This document shows, piece by piece, positions 12,001-20,268 of a stretch of DNA of 64,000 nt; positions within the stretch are counted from its first letter, which is position 1, and every line of letters starts with the position of its first letter. The notes beneath the pieces are model-generated. The model ran no database searches. It worked only from the letters and a program-made list of their open reading frames with translations, and had not been told where the DNA came from. The DNA is taken from positions 43,885-107,884 of the IMG/VR virus record IMGVR_UViG_3300031867_000020; one strand, 5' to 3'. Source of the stretch: a virus (taxonomy: Duplodnaviria; Caudoviricetes). The position numbers and the translations under genes were made by a program.

Positions 12001-12542
12001 GCAGCAGCACTTCTGTTCAGCGGTATACAATAGCGCTTGAAAACGGAAGATATGTTGTAAAACTCTATGAAGGCGGTCAATATACAAGCTATACGGACGC
12101 TAAGAATCAAGCTGATCTTTTGAACAGAATGCTGAATCAAAGCGGAACCCCTGCTGCAGACAGTGGGATCACAACTCCTTATTCTGGCTTCACCATAGGT
12201 GAACCTCAGAAGTTTGCCTCGGGTGGCCTTGTTGATTACACAGGTCCTGCGTGGGTGGACGGTACTCCTACACGTCCCGAAGCGTTCCTGGATCCTGAAG
12301 ACACAGAGTTGATCAGAGCAATGGTTGATTCGTTAAGCTATGTCCATCTGAAGACGCCGACGATTATGCCTGATACATCTGATTATGGAAACAACAATAC
12401 GATCGGAGATATCAATATTACAATTAATCAGGCTGAACTTAGCAGCGATGCTGATATTGATCAGCTTGCGCGTAGGGTTGGCAGTGCTTTCACAAGAGAG
12501 CTTTCTCATCAGGGTCTTAACCTTGCGAACTACAGTTTTTAA
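3..12542 (+). CDS. Giant phage tail tape measure protein (5' end lies outside the window)
   Basis: The frame is open from base 3, upstream of the ATG at 102. A TP901-like tape measure core (FIKEFDSSMNEIQAIT...ALYRQGL...SAATTAAEIGKGMQK...GTRQTNIF) lies at ~1560-2480. Long coiled-coil regions, a C-terminal FASGGLVDYTGPAWVDGTPTRPE motif, and position directly before the Dit-like gene also fit. Confidence 0.93.
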   Translation, partial: LFERTVAVDKKDENGKIIGSEAKSIIKGPLSDYMTNEQKADLFDIENENEEIRKDAKESRDQFLASIEAEKKTAETIKKHLPTLFNADKTQDAQEWANITGEIQDPSTVLEQSFEAKKAEITKRILSWNKSVAEMQKDIDDNNATPALVPFYKELINEYSNRAQREQSYLDSKGYKEKIVNDEMQRLGLSGAENAQDRAAKWADERQAAIDKALEVNSEEFARISRETRNPSNENEREARFAKLREINERAQGLYRQRAQNREQRTAFEQTWQEEQDDRLTNFDNMINRKRLSDEDRIETNVKQARRQALYNSIDPKKTKQEREEWYKRYKDEDYWKSYRGNLQQETNNDNQLRDLRRINSEEQNLADIQMREKQTQWARDDFYRNLQNRNGLGYTMFGRNYLTYQNRRIQLERDNTRRTSQNESIDRQVKDLDQQIKNAKAQGKTEDAKDLETKKANLLANKQSNLDEIKRTQQELNGLSGAGNAVNATFDTIGQTITRFTQRIGRQMFQKALQETKRFIKEFDSSMNEIQAITLKGDQAMASVRSNTINKALNLRTSVSNVASTEAALYRQGLSDSEVSQRTDAIVKFATVAKLKTTEATKIITTALQNNLVTSAEQAMDALVALGDSAATTAAEIGKGMQKAAASAKVAGVSYAELTSLLTFGTSDTQLSGSQVGTALQTVFTRMRRLTADNWVADQNGEKTTANDAEKALNTIGVSLWSDKANGQMRGAYDILIDIAKVWNSISDAQKSIVTSALAGTRQTNIFSTLMEGLGEDGGKRAEEYLGLAESSQGITQTKYEIAMESLNASLETVKSSWDAIVESFTNSGTITGVLDGVSGFMQMIANLASTGPGQFTTVFAAIAGGIAAVAAASALLTTSNPVLKTLSTLLTVVAGVGTFGILTSIAGLFAGEDINTQKEKSLTKMHEEAVKREGKRAERTKAISDVEELGAAYDELAEAENSAALSTASNNLKSALLNLADVFPNLTAQIMDSTSSLKDWRDIVDKAKKENEDITAGEMDVIIAKSREHNDKFDDYMGNIEDPSSIESDSVRALYTILHAANASGLVSNKDVEDGISAYELYTLGNKTMNGYFKDYTDKVGGINFTDDFSSDNEAYIDKPQTDFLKELIESDNPHINRSLRKYYDENKKAFGWVDNNGEEIYTYDDFISALKGNETDNVYHMANAAGTARGWISEDATSHYGSNFLAGMSLNPMRAEVIQSIFDGFDNNRTISVAKGVLKGGVIDQAKEYLDAFETNGLMTLLSEATGGEYSADFIKEVMERQIYDILFDENGEMKKGVTIENVNTGLNNFLDGYMTAKDKRKYLQEYIDQYASPDMYEYFLPDENGGIEYKGYTTIEAATKAAKEKGIGTENIMVSDGKGWYRAYYSTPEEVMTARVMAGKSGGIGYNEKRDFLKDMNKFDNIGALKKEYSGDKSETFGSLLSGDVSTAAYYMAENGLISYNKFKDIYGRNVNGQNTDFDLIEPFLNENGTIKNIDLLRTDEFKGARQAFENVFGSTTFAEMLDKTDEITRAEFDKIKEKGLWTGDFESLMTDYMPEKDDTVSVATRFLQKELRELIANAVGAYEFDEDLARTVKQAQASKEIERKFQFDENYDTIKNYGLAFGYGTETQKNASRAQVRSTTTNLGNFNAAVDRYTNGKARDEDYRVIAGVTGMSESYLRNNANSKTTKNVVGARRDLDIQSQIDLYGKVREASGIKENSKQDKELLNLFGLERDKDGIIRFVAQEDVVSNNVTRQNQINNYDRASLRDAFGYAITDEGKIYGSDKLVQRALAGNEEAYGRLTQDELYQAYANAGIEGNDFRNMIGRRAKGVTGTYAQNWSPVMAKLMGSSNVDEWDWKKIRENYQNGTSETKAAYEALFGATTNGQQALDYLTGASNNMPSASFAAGVKTQMSGVEGVNYSEQFTSSDISRLSGRLLTDGRSWNDLKAANLFSDEEWAAIEQGNADLVSYLKLEDKTTPYAKRLRESAQLKMLEGKRYDSSSDAAAYARALFNYQNKPALAAQTAYDNRKNYSDISEFIKAQESLNGWTDLVATQEYQDWYKEYVEGGKSYDEAIEAFSDLTMYNRGANYKTSAETADIVERALQSTDRRNNTAEYKAIQSVLGNKAAADWLNGEDLTNNATYQNMINNYRYGLSGYTGAQIRQGQRNIARMTQEQLGKRLLSEEYRTEASQYMSGFSEWNEYAALLQAKASGEKYDEAELDRLQTKFDRFNEQAQIQFEVDGISDLEQAGEVVSGLSDTISKIKQGGNIAIKASVEFENNEHQTLQYGAMLDSASRSDQYTAVKALTGWSDARIQSDWAGAMSAARAIHGVNVSQYGNSDEEIVAELNRRYAKNPEDALELANLLGFELTTDNEGNISHLSFKRIGNGSIDRENRFHETTRQYTAQEINDARRRMLNGENLSQEDNDLYNAASDNAGKYLTAYLKMMNNPSAYTDQEIAEARRRAEQELNLEGKDARRKPLEDYALYEENEAKVKMATDIYDAYSNVDQTKRRSMMSTISGEFEGIQNAQWALNQGATTSTSRNYIASVLGLSEKDVQKAMRTDEGKKQLQEDLQSKSKDLFKSVLDGYGKAFKIEFDTSDTGVENAVSQILENASTLGTEVTNYLLHLAGLMTSDGLLGENDDYDFVTAMMNASDNYAETKTSERGYLWLSEHPEEARELLSNPTILPEGYTYVEGKGIYDSTGLLGYDTNSDLYQRYQAQRQISQSSGVNWTKFTEQEPIITAAILNHGEGGVGDELYDAIMTAGVTGVKGSDYYGAIGSNYLGRFAGINGGITGINSMEDAEEFMGLVQKWQTDETGNGAIFDEWYNSVEGMSDLMGAIDSKNFDKVGEAIGKINDQVSDRKAAEITKYGNASDKALKKIGGYYNKMNSLSYKNEKLNGIIGKASAGKGGASLSSKELEVLSEATNMSTDALKATGANAIKSLAEGAKDAIDTEWGQEIAEPLINSINEGIQHLNLNDNEKLQLTRAIDLSVDANTGQVDISALADAVATFDSSLAETLRAYDGHGGTLMAEWKEGQSSLGYILKYLGSGTGTTGGKGGGGGGGGGGKSEVDKLLEKQKHAVTEAEHNVKMTQIEGEHYQKTGDYAAYLKMLDQEIAAQEKLGQVYQKNIKEMKAQRDQVAYGSDDWYKLTESIFSTEEALAQLKLTINEINGKRIDALINRQEVSLSPYQHAGKLMSTAANKALTLKNYSDYYYLGKRQNTNDQMTINANNKSIDQLKEELKKEKYMSENWIKVRQQIWSLQEENAELELSIVERTNEMNHQRVAQIAEELERNRLADPTHGMNMENAAAQYYQRNRLYDEYRGSLTTSNTFAQSQVSEYRKAIAALKVRMNGFEPDSDAWYEARDMVYKYEEAIASLTNTIDENKHAIQESYITELDEEFQRGDSIYSLEKSMLQAMETKYDKDNDFVNYLNIIGIEANQAKDRMNELSDQLVQWEDLLASGLIDEGSAEWDELIQKIMSVREEMINVGVEYDDFVRKLQQSRFAHDKEVFGREDEYNQHRIKLIQYEESRYQNLGELTNYGTMLEYDNVEQQRRAESIAKYIEVLKQDLAETEEGTDVYHEITSEIMKMEENLATVNNTIEKNNKLLEQNRLNILKVHKALDDVINTEIKRRVQEQRDMLNAEVTLQDSIVDQIRKRYQDEWALVKKDIEEKKKALSEEKNLLNERLNARKNAVDQESKYEKLAELQKQLALIETDPTKTKEAKLIGKQIKDLRQEISLSIADQEVLAESERIDQQTQALTDYATDYETKLNEALADANNKLIADELDQVMSGNFESYIEWMKTYNKAYQNATEEARKQMELGWRDTWNKMIAYIDTYWDEVEAIHNMTEDEYVNWLKQGTNYKFASDTEKQIMEYEWRERYQNEIAAHRTGASFEDYHSITEKLNELQDYTYSVDFSEATMSFINGLFDYTLFNHPHGSYWDTGVSDEVLGADYYGRMSDLHKTETKPTNTGGSSSTTPTSGGGSGSSSSTSVQRYTIALENGRYVVKLYEGGQYTSYTDAKNQADLLNRMLNQSGTPAADSGITTPYSGFTIGEPQKFASGGLVDYTGPAWVDGTPTRPEAFLDPEDTELIRAMVDSLSYVHLKTPTIMPDTSDYGNNNTIGDINITINQAELSSDADIDQLARRVGSAFTRELSHQGLNLANYSF

Positions 12543-12549
12543 CCTAATC

Positions 12550-12585
12550 GAAGGAGAGAGGCTATTGCGCCTCTCTCCTTCTCTT
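12550..12585 (+). terminator. Stem-loop after the tape measure gene (possible terminator/attenuator or processing site)
   Basis: 13-bp perfect inverted repeat GAAGGAGAGAGGC/GCCTCTCTCCTTC with a weak U-tail. Confidence 0.55.
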
Positions 12586-12606
12586 AAAGAAAAGAGGTGA
12601 AAGGAA

Positions 12607-13713
12607 ATGGTTGGAGAGTTTACATTCAACGGAATAGACATAGCCGCACTTGGGCTGCATTATGTTCCTGAGCTTGAAGATACTTTTGTTTATAAGCCGG
12701 CAAAAACAAATATCTACGATGAGACCTTTGATGGTCACAACGGAGGATATTTCTATGGCGCAGCCAGAGAACCAAAAGAGTTTATTCTCAGGTGCTATTA
12801 TGAGCACAAGCATATCAATCGCGGTATTATGTCCAAGGTCTATCAAACATTTAAAATCGGAACGTCTGGTAAGCTCATTTTTCAAAAGCGTCCATGGTGT
12901 TATTACTACGCTACTGTGACTGATATTGATTCCACGGAATCTTTTAACTATGAGAACGGTCTGATTAAAATTACGATGAAGGCATACTATCCTTTTGCCC
13001 GATCTGAGATGTTTTATATCGATCCCAATGATGAGGATTATAAAGTCATAGAAAGGAACAGTGCGTTCCTGCCAGCAGTAGTGGAAAATCCGAGCCAAAT
13101 TGTGGCCTGTCCCATCGAGAATGAATGTCAGGTTATTCTTCTCAATCAAGGCACAGAAAGGGCTCAAATTCGCCTGGAAATCGCAGGTGATGTTGGAACC
13201 GGTGTTACGATCCGAAACGAAACAAATGGAACAGAGTGCAAGTATGTAGCAATGGGCGCACAGAAATTCAACGGGAACAGCTATGTTTACACAGATGGTA
13301 TTAGTGGAAAGACCATTTCTGTGATCGAAGGGAAGAAGGCTTTGGCTTTCCTGTACCACGATCATGGCTTCATTGAACTCGATCCGGCCTATCCTTGTAA
13401 ACGGGATGTCCAGATCGTTGGAGATGAAGAAGGTATTTACACTGAAGATCTCTATGATAAGTTTCTTGGAGAAGCTTCAGCAGATCAATATATTGGGCAT
13501 TATGTTTATATTGATAATATGTGGCGTGAAATCGTTGAAGCGACTACGGATATCACCGGAACACCTCTGACAACGCTGATCATCGATCCTCCGGTTGATA
13601 CTACCGTGGAAGAAACGACATACGTTGTGAAAATGAACAAGATCTCTATTATACCGGAAACAACGATGAATTTAAAAAGGCTCAACTTCATTTCTCAACC
13701 AACATTTGCATAA
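12607..13713 (+). CDS. Distal tail protein (Dit)
   Basis: N-terminus GEFTFNGID..., KLIF...YYYATV, ITMKAYYPFARS motifs; directly follows the TMP. Confidence 0.8.
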   Translation: MVGEFTFNGIDIAALGLHYVPELEDTFVYKPAKTNIYDETFDGHNGGYFYGAAREPKEFILRCYYEHKHINRGIMSKVYQTFKIGTSGKLIFQKRPWCYYYATVTDIDSTESFNYENGLIKITMKAYYPFARSEMFYIDPNDEDYKVIERNSAFLPAVVENPSQIVACPIENECQVILLNQGTERAQIRLEIAGDVGTGVTIRNETNGTECKYVAMGAQKFNGNSYVYTDGISGKTISVIEGKKALAFLYHDHGFIELDPAYPCKRDVQIVGDEEGIYTEDLYDKFLGEASADQYIGHYVYIDNMWREIVEATTDITGTPLTTLIIDPPVDTTVEETTYVVKMNKISIIPETTMNLKRLNFISQPTFA

Positions 13714-13725
13714 GGAGGGGTAAAG

Positions 13726-16700
13726 TTGAAACATAAACCAACATTGCGCTTGGATGTATGTGACTATCATAATACTCCTCTGTGCAATTTATATGACAAC
13801 GAATATGATATATCCGGTCAAGCCAAGGATGTGTTTGTAAAAACAGAGCGAAACGGATGGAAAGAATTAAGGTTTCAAATTCCTTCTGTACTTATCAGCG
13901 AAGATGGGGAGGAACCGAACTTTCGCCTTGATTACCTGATTGCGGATTATCGGCTTCGCCTGGTTGATGATAATGAGACAGACTGGTTCTTAATATCAGA
14001 ACCGAAGATTACGCACAACCAGTTTTCGAAGAAAGTTGAAGTCAGGGCAGGTCATATCTCTCAGCTCTTAAAAACAAAGAACCTGAGTCTGGAATTCTCT
14101 GATGAAGATGGGAACAATGTGGGAACGGCTGAACAGCTTTTGACAACAATCCTCGAAGGAACAGGATGGCATGTCGGCCACGTTGATACATTCTACGAAG
14201 ATGATTCGGACAAAGTTAAAGTACGATCTCTTCAGGCTGCGGCTAAAACCGGAGCATTCAAGCTTATTCAGGATATGTGTGAGCTATTCGACGCAAAGCC
14301 TGTTTTCCATGGGGATAACAGGACTGTTGATATTATTCCTATGAATCCTTTCTCCGAAGTAAAGGAGGGAGAAATTCCAAAAGAAGTTATCAGCGGGATG
14401 CGCAATGCCGTAGAACTGCATTATGACCGGAGTTTAAAAACAATTTCCCGAACGTTGAATACTGAAAATATAGTAACGAAGCTTCACGCGGAAGGCGCTT
14501 CTTCTGGAGACACCGATCTCGGTTATGTGAACATGAAAACCTGCTGGCACGACGAATATCGATTCTCATTAAGCAGCAGCTACACAAGCGGACAGGAATT
14601 TGCCTTCAAAGATAAGAACGACGCAAATTATTATTTCACAATTGATGAAGATATTGAAGCTTCGGATATTCTAATTTGGTCTAAGATGGATCCTGCGTCA
14701 GCTTCGTATGTGTGGAACGAAGGAACTCAAAGAGCTTATCATGTTTATAAAGAACCCCATAATTACAGTCAAATGATCCATCTTGAATCTACAATAGAAA
14801 GCAAACAAAACTGGTTTGAATATCTGATGGATTTTGACTACTACGAGAAAGTGGGTTTGTTAACCGAAGAGTCTTTTCAGGCATTGGCTGGGTTTCAACG
14901 GGACTGCGCTTTGTATAAAGAGGCTGCTTATAATGCTTCTATTATCAGAGCAAAAGCCTTGAGTGAGTTCAGTGAGCTTGGTGATCCTCAAAATGGGTTC
15001 CTGAAACTGAATGTCACAGGCTACACGTCCGATCAGGAAACTGACGCTGTTGTTTTGAATGTTGACGGCGTTCTTTATCGCAGTGACTACGACGAAGCAG
15101 AGCGCAATTATTTCCAATGGCACGTAGCCAAGAAGCTGAAACCCAATGGCGATCCTGTTTCAGGAGCTCCTTCGGTTGTGTTTATCATTCACAACACCGA
15201 TCCTGTTTCCTGGGAGATGTGTTATCTGAAAGCTGTCGGTGATGAAAACGGTATTTATCTTGACAGTCAGAATGAGCCTGCCGACTATGATTATCAGATC
15301 ACAGGCAAGCCTGAACCTACAAGAGTTTGGTTATGGAATGCACTAAGAACAGATGGAGGCAGCATTCCTGCTTTCAGTAGTGATGACCGTTTCTATCTTC
15401 TTTGCACAAAGTCTATATCAGGGCAGCTTGGTTCTTATCAGGTGCAGGATGAAGCGATCACAACAAAGCATATTCAAACAGCCGTTTATGACACCATGGT
15501 CGAAAGACCTGTTTATTATAAAAACTACTACAGTTCTGAAATACCTCCGCTGGATGTTGTCTCTGTTCAAGGTGCTTACGGATGGTATTATTCATATCAT
15601 TATGACACACCGGAATATGGCGAGTTGTATTTCTGCGGGCCTACAGACACGGAATGGCAGCCGGTTTATGTTTCCGAAACGCAGCCTGAATTTGATATAA
15701 GCACTGATCTTGGAGCTTATTTCTTTGATACGAAAAAGAGGCTGTTGTATATCGGACTTACTGATGGTTGGACAAATCAGGACAAAGAGGAATGGCATCA
15801 GCTTGAAAACAAATTCACAAAAGTTCTTTTGTATTCTTATCAGCGGGACAGATACTACAAAGGTATATATGAGTATTACAACTACACGCCTGATGAGGAT
15901 CTGCCAGCGGGAAGATATGCTTTTGACAGTGGATATGATTTTTACTGGACATTTGTGACAGATCGAACTGTTGAAGCTGGGAATACTTTGTCGCTTGATA
16001 CGCTAAATAACTTCGTAAAGCAGGATGAGTCTGTAGAGCATATCGTTGGAACATTCTCTCAGCCGAAAGATGTCACAACCTTCCTTTCTGAGAATGAACT
16101 TGACTTCGACAGTTTTGTCAGCGGCGGGCTGGACAGCCAGACCGGCATTGACACAGAAAGCTCTTCTACTTACAGAAGTCAATATATTGATGTGTATCCG
16201 GGAGAAACATATGAATACAATCTTTCGGCAAATACGCTTGTTGTCTTCTATGATTCTGCCAGATATTATCGTGACAGCATTTATGCATCAGGCTCCGGAA
16301 CATTCGTTGTTCCGGATCAAACCAACCACGACTATGAGTCTGACAGCTACAAACCTGCTGCGACAAAGATGCGGATCATGACAAGAGCGCTGACTGGTTA
16401 TATCAGAGTGTCTGGTTATGAGAACAAGATGTATCTCAACAATCAGTCTGATCTGTTGTATACGATCCTGCCTGTGACTGAAACACTCGGAGAATTAAAA
16501 GGCATTAACAATCTGACAAAGAAGTTTGCCGATCTTGCGGATCTTATTTATGGGCCTTATACGGATGCCTACAACACCGCAAATAATCTCGTTATTCAAA
16601 GTGAGAATCAGCTCGTTGAAGATCTTGGCGATATTCTAAGGGAAGGTTTCTGGCAGGAGAACAGGTATGTTGGTGGAGACGAAGACAAGCTCTACAAAGA

Positions 16701-18456
16701 TGCTATTGAGAATCTGGAAAAGATCGCAAAGCCGGAAGCAACATATGATATCAGTTATCTTGATCTGTTTGGATCCAATAGGGATATGGGATACACCGTT
16801 GACGAAGACAACGATGAAATTGAATGGCCTGATATTCAGGTTGTTGATGCTGTTCATCTTGTTGACCCTGAGATAGATCTGAACATCTGGGCTTTCTTTG
16901 ACACAATCGATAAATGCTACGATCAAAGAAATAAGACAACGGTTGAAATCAACACAAACTTATCTTTGATTGGTCAACACAGCTTTACAGATGTAATGTC
17001 CAAGATCGCTGAAGTATCCAGTGAAACCAAATACAAGCAGACCATCTACGAAAGAGCTTCTGCGATCAACACAGACGGCAGTTTAAACACTGATCAATTG
17101 AAAGGCGAAATTGCCGCCAATAAAGTCATGATCAATGGTGGAGCTTCTAATTGGGAAACAACAGATCAAGGTCATATGGTGTTCTATTCTGCCGATGGTT
17201 TGTCAGCACTGATGATCACAGGATCCGGTGTGTTTGTGTCAAGCCAGAAGGATGCCTATGGCGAATGGGTCTGGAGAACTGGTATCACCGGATATGGTTT
17301 AAATGCTGATATCATCACAGCCGGTACAATCAAAGCAGGACTGATCGAAGCTGGAAGTATCACAACGGACAAGCTCAACTCCAATGTCGGTCAGGAACTG
17401 GAGATCAGCAGCAACAAAGCGTTGTCTTTATTCGCAACAGTAGATGGACAAAGACCATCTGGCGCACTGAAGACAACCGATGCAATGATAGAAATCAAGG
17501 CAGGCGATGGGAGCACACCTGCTCAGATCAACATCGGATCAGGCGGCGAGTTAAATCTGAATGCCGGAACGATGACTGTGAACTCTCAGGGCTCTCTTGA
17601 TATAGCTTCGGGCGGCAAGTTCACCATTGACTCACCGAACTTCAGCGTTGATGAAAACGGGGATGTATCAATTCAAGGTGATGTCAAAGCTGAAACAGGC
17701 TCTATAGCAGGTTTCACCATAGAAAACAGTAAGCTGTACACACAGGGCGATCAGTCTTATGTGGCAATCGACGGAAACAAAAACGATGCTTATGCCATAT
17801 GGGCTGGCGATAATCAGCCTCAGGATGCCAAATTCTCCGTGAAAAAGAACGGCGAGCTTCATGCTGAGTCAGGAACCATTGCCGGATATACTATTAATGA
17901 AGATAAGCTTTCGTCCGGTTCCGGCACAACCTATGTTGCGATGGACGGAGATCAGAACAACGACTATGCGTTCTGGGCGGGAGCAGAAGCACCTGCCAAT
18001 GCGCCGTTCTCTGTGAAGAAAGACGGAACAATCGTTGCGAAAAGCATCGGGTCTTTTGATGGTTCTGCGATCGATCTGACCGGCAATACAACAATCACCC
18101 TGGCTGTCAACAGCGCTGTGGATACCGCACTGGAAACTGTTGTTCCTCAAGCTGTTGAAGAAGCCATCACTGAAAGTATAGGATACAGAATGGAAATTAT
18201 TTCAACATCTGATATTCTCAGCACAGAGATTAAAACAACCACTTTGTCCGCAAGAGTATGGAGCGGAAAGAACAATATGACTGATACACTACCGGCAAGC
18301 AGGTTCCAATGGACTCGTGTATCAAGTGACGCATTTGCTGATGCTATATGGAATGAAAATCATAAGGGCGTAAAGTCTATCACGCTCACAACACTCGATG
18401 TAAAGTATTCGGCCACTTACAGCTGTGAGCTGGCAGACGAAGAAGGGGGAAACTAA
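13726..18456 (+). CDS. Tail hub/spike protein (Tal-like, prophage tail endopeptidase-type N-terminus)
   Basis: TTG start with SD. N-terminal prophage-tail domain (LEGTGWHVG, LKTISRTLNTENIVTKL); GLNADIITAGTI beta-helix region; two ~58-aa GxIAGxTI...WAG...FSVKKxG repeats at ~17690-18030. Confidence 0.78.
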   Translation: MKHKPTLRLDVCDYHNTPLCNLYDNEYDISGQAKDVFVKTERNGWKELRFQIPSVLISEDGEEPNFRLDYLIADYRLRLVDDNETDWFLISEPKITHNQFSKKVEVRAGHISQLLKTKNLSLEFSDEDGNNVGTAEQLLTTILEGTGWHVGHVDTFYEDDSDKVKVRSLQAAAKTGAFKLIQDMCELFDAKPVFHGDNRTVDIIPMNPFSEVKEGEIPKEVISGMRNAVELHYDRSLKTISRTLNTENIVTKLHAEGASSGDTDLGYVNMKTCWHDEYRFSLSSSYTSGQEFAFKDKNDANYYFTIDEDIEASDILIWSKMDPASASYVWNEGTQRAYHVYKEPHNYSQMIHLESTIESKQNWFEYLMDFDYYEKVGLLTEESFQALAGFQRDCALYKEAAYNASIIRAKALSEFSELGDPQNGFLKLNVTGYTSDQETDAVVLNVDGVLYRSDYDEAERNYFQWHVAKKLKPNGDPVSGAPSVVFIIHNTDPVSWEMCYLKAVGDENGIYLDSQNEPADYDYQITGKPEPTRVWLWNALRTDGGSIPAFSSDDRFYLLCTKSISGQLGSYQVQDEAITTKHIQTAVYDTMVERPVYYKNYYSSEIPPLDVVSVQGAYGWYYSYHYDTPEYGELYFCGPTDTEWQPVYVSETQPEFDISTDLGAYFFDTKKRLLYIGLTDGWTNQDKEEWHQLENKFTKVLLYSYQRDRYYKGIYEYYNYTPDEDLPAGRYAFDSGYDFYWTFVTDRTVEAGNTLSLDTLNNFVKQDESVEHIVGTFSQPKDVTTFLSENELDFDSFVSGGLDSQTGIDTESSSTYRSQYIDVYPGETYEYNLSANTLVVFYDSARYYRDSIYASGSGTFVVPDQTNHDYESDSYKPAATKMRIMTRALTGYIRVSGYENKMYLNNQSDLLYTILPVTETLGELKGINNLTKKFADLADLIYGPYTDAYNTANNLVIQSENQLVEDLGDILREGFWQENRYVGGDEDKLYKDAIENLEKIAKPEATYDISYLDLFGSNRDMGYTVDEDNDEIEWPDIQVVDAVHLVDPEIDLNIWAFFDTIDKCYDQRNKTTVEINTNLSLIGQHSFTDVMSKIAEVSSETKYKQTIYERASAINTDGSLNTDQLKGEIAANKVMINGGASNWETTDQGHMVFYSADGLSALMITGSGVFVSSQKDAYGEWVWRTGITGYGLNADIITAGTIKAGLIEAGSITTDKLNSNVGQELEISSNKALSLFATVDGQRPSGALKTTDAMIEIKAGDGSTPAQINIGSGGELNLNAGTMTVNSQGSLDIASGGKFTIDSPNFSVDENGDVSIQGDVKAETGSIAGFTIENSKLYTQGDQSYVAIDGNKNDAYAIWAGDNQPQDAKFSVKKNGELHAESGTIAGYTINEDKLSSGSGTTYVAMDGDQNNDYAFWAGAEAPANAPFSVKKDGTIVAKSIGSFDGSAIDLTGNTTITLAVNSAVDTALETVVPQAVEEAITESIGYRMEIISTSDILSTEIKTTTLSARVWSGKNNMTDTLPASRFQWTRVSSDAFADAIWNENHKGVKSITLTTLDVKYSATYSCELADEEGGN

Positions 18457-18459
18457 CCA

Positions 18460-20268
18460 ATGGCCATTATTGCAACTGGATCAAAAACAATTATTGACCT
18501 TTCAGATGGCAAATCTTTGTCCTGTTATCTCGGAGCTAATCATCCGAGATATCAGATTTATGATCAGAACACTGGAACTTATAATCCTAACTGGCAGACA
18601 ACCAATCTGGTTGTTACTCCGGTGGTATATGCTAACCAGACAGCAATTCAGCTTAGTGATAGCCATTTGGCGATTACATGGAAGAGAAAAGAAGGATCTG
18701 GAACTGAAGAGAATCTTGACTCTACAACAGAAACAGTTAGCGGGAAAGCCCTGACTGTCAGTGCGAACAAGATGTCTTCTTCTGTGAGTATGTTAACGTA
18801 CATTGCTCATGTTGTTTATACAGACCCTGATACAACTTTGCCGATTAACGCAACGGCTGAAATCACTTTTGCTTTTGTCACAACTGGTCAGAATGCTAAG
18901 ACAGCATGGATCAGCGGCGAACAGGCTTTCAAATACGAAACAGCATCCGGCACTCCTACTCCTGCTCAGATTGAATTAACCGCTCATCTTCAGAATGTAA
19001 CTATGACCAAATGGCAGTACAAAAATTCGTCCGATGACTGGACGGATTATCCTACGACTGCTGATAATCCCAGTATTACAGGTACTACGTTAATTGTTAA
19101 GCCTTCTCATACGGGGGTATTTAATGATAGCGTGGCAACTATCCGTATTGTGACGAGCGATCAGAATCTTACTGATATCATTAGTCTCTATAAAATAGTA
19201 GACGGATCTGAGGGCGTTGCTTCTTGTATTGCTTTCCTGACTAATGAGAATATCACCTTTGCTGGAAACAAGAGCGGCAAGGTTGCGGCTGTAACTAAAA
19301 CATGTAATGTTGTGGCTTATCGCGGTACAACAAAAGAGACGCCAACCGTAGGAACTATAAGTGGTGAAATCGCTAATCAATTGACTGTCACTAAGGGGTC
19401 TGCATCAAACAACGAAATCCCACTTACTATTGCAGTTACGGCGAATTCAAATCTCGGTGGTTCTGGTGAGCGAAGCGGCGTTATTTCTGTTCCTATTACC
19501 TCTCCTGTAACCACTACTCTCCAAATTCAATGGAGCAAAGTAAATACAGGAGCGACAGGAGCTGCTGGTGCTAATGCCATTGTCTTCTCACTTTACGCTC
19601 CCAATGGCAATACATTCTTAAATCATGAAGGTAGTTTGGTTATTCAGTCTCAGGCTTATGATGGCTCTACTCCTATTACCTCTGATGCGACTTATGCGTG
19701 GTATAAATTTGAAAATGGTAGTTGGGGTAATCCTATCTCTGGCGCTACTTCAGATTCGTATACTGTTAATGGTTCTGATGTTGCTTCTTCGGCGTCGTTT
19801 AAGTGTGTGATGACTTATGGCGGCAATACATACTCTGATGTCATTGATTTGATTGACAAGACTGATAACTTCCAGCTTGATGTGGACAGTACAGCAGGAG
19901 ATGTGTTTAAGAACACTGTTGGCACGACTCATCTTATTGCCAGACTTTGGCAGTCTGGTGCTGAGGTTGATACTCCGAAAAGTACGGTTTATGCTACTAC
20001 TGCTCCTTCTAATCCCAATGAAGGAGATTGTTATTGGTTGTATTCCACATCTTCCCCGACATGCACTCTGATGCGGTATAATGGCTCTTCTTGGGGCGAT
20101 GTTACTTCTGATGCTACTTATGGACAGAAATATACATATACATGGTATCGTAGAGATCAAAATGGAGACGCTATGGATTCCGGGAGTGCTTTTGCTACAG
20201 GTAAAGTAATTTATGTAGATGGGGATGACGTGACGAATAAAACCACCTTTGTTTGCGAGGTGGAGTAA
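18460..20268 (+). CDS. Tail fibre/baseplate protein with Ig-like repeats
   Basis: Thr/Ser-rich beta protein with repeated (Y)xWY/K...T(L/Y)TV...F/YxC units; lies in the tail module. Confidence 0.7.
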   Translation: MAIIATGSKTIIDLSDGKSLSCYLGANHPRYQIYDQNTGTYNPNWQTTNLVVTPVVYANQTAIQLSDSHLAITWKRKEGSGTEENLDSTTETVSGKALTVSANKMSSSVSMLTYIAHVVYTDPDTTLPINATAEITFAFVTTGQNAKTAWISGEQAFKYETASGTPTPAQIELTAHLQNVTMTKWQYKNSSDDWTDYPTTADNPSITGTTLIVKPSHTGVFNDSVATIRIVTSDQNLTDIISLYKIVDGSEGVASCIAFLTNENITFAGNKSGKVAAVTKTCNVVAYRGTTKETPTVGTISGEIANQLTVTKGSASNNEIPLTIAVTANSNLGGSGERSGVISVPITSPVTTTLQIQWSKVNTGATGAAGANAIVFSLYAPNGNTFLNHEGSLVIQSQAYDGSTPITSDATYAWYKFENGSWGNPISGATSDSYTVNGSDVASSASFKCVMTYGGNTYSDVIDLIDKTDNFQLDVDSTAGDVFKNTVGTTHLIARLWQSGAEVDTPKSTVYATTAPSNPNEGDCYWLYSTSSPTCTLMRYNGSSWGDVTSDATYGQKYTYTWYRRDQNGDAMDSGSAFATGKVIYVDGDDVTNKTTFVCEVE

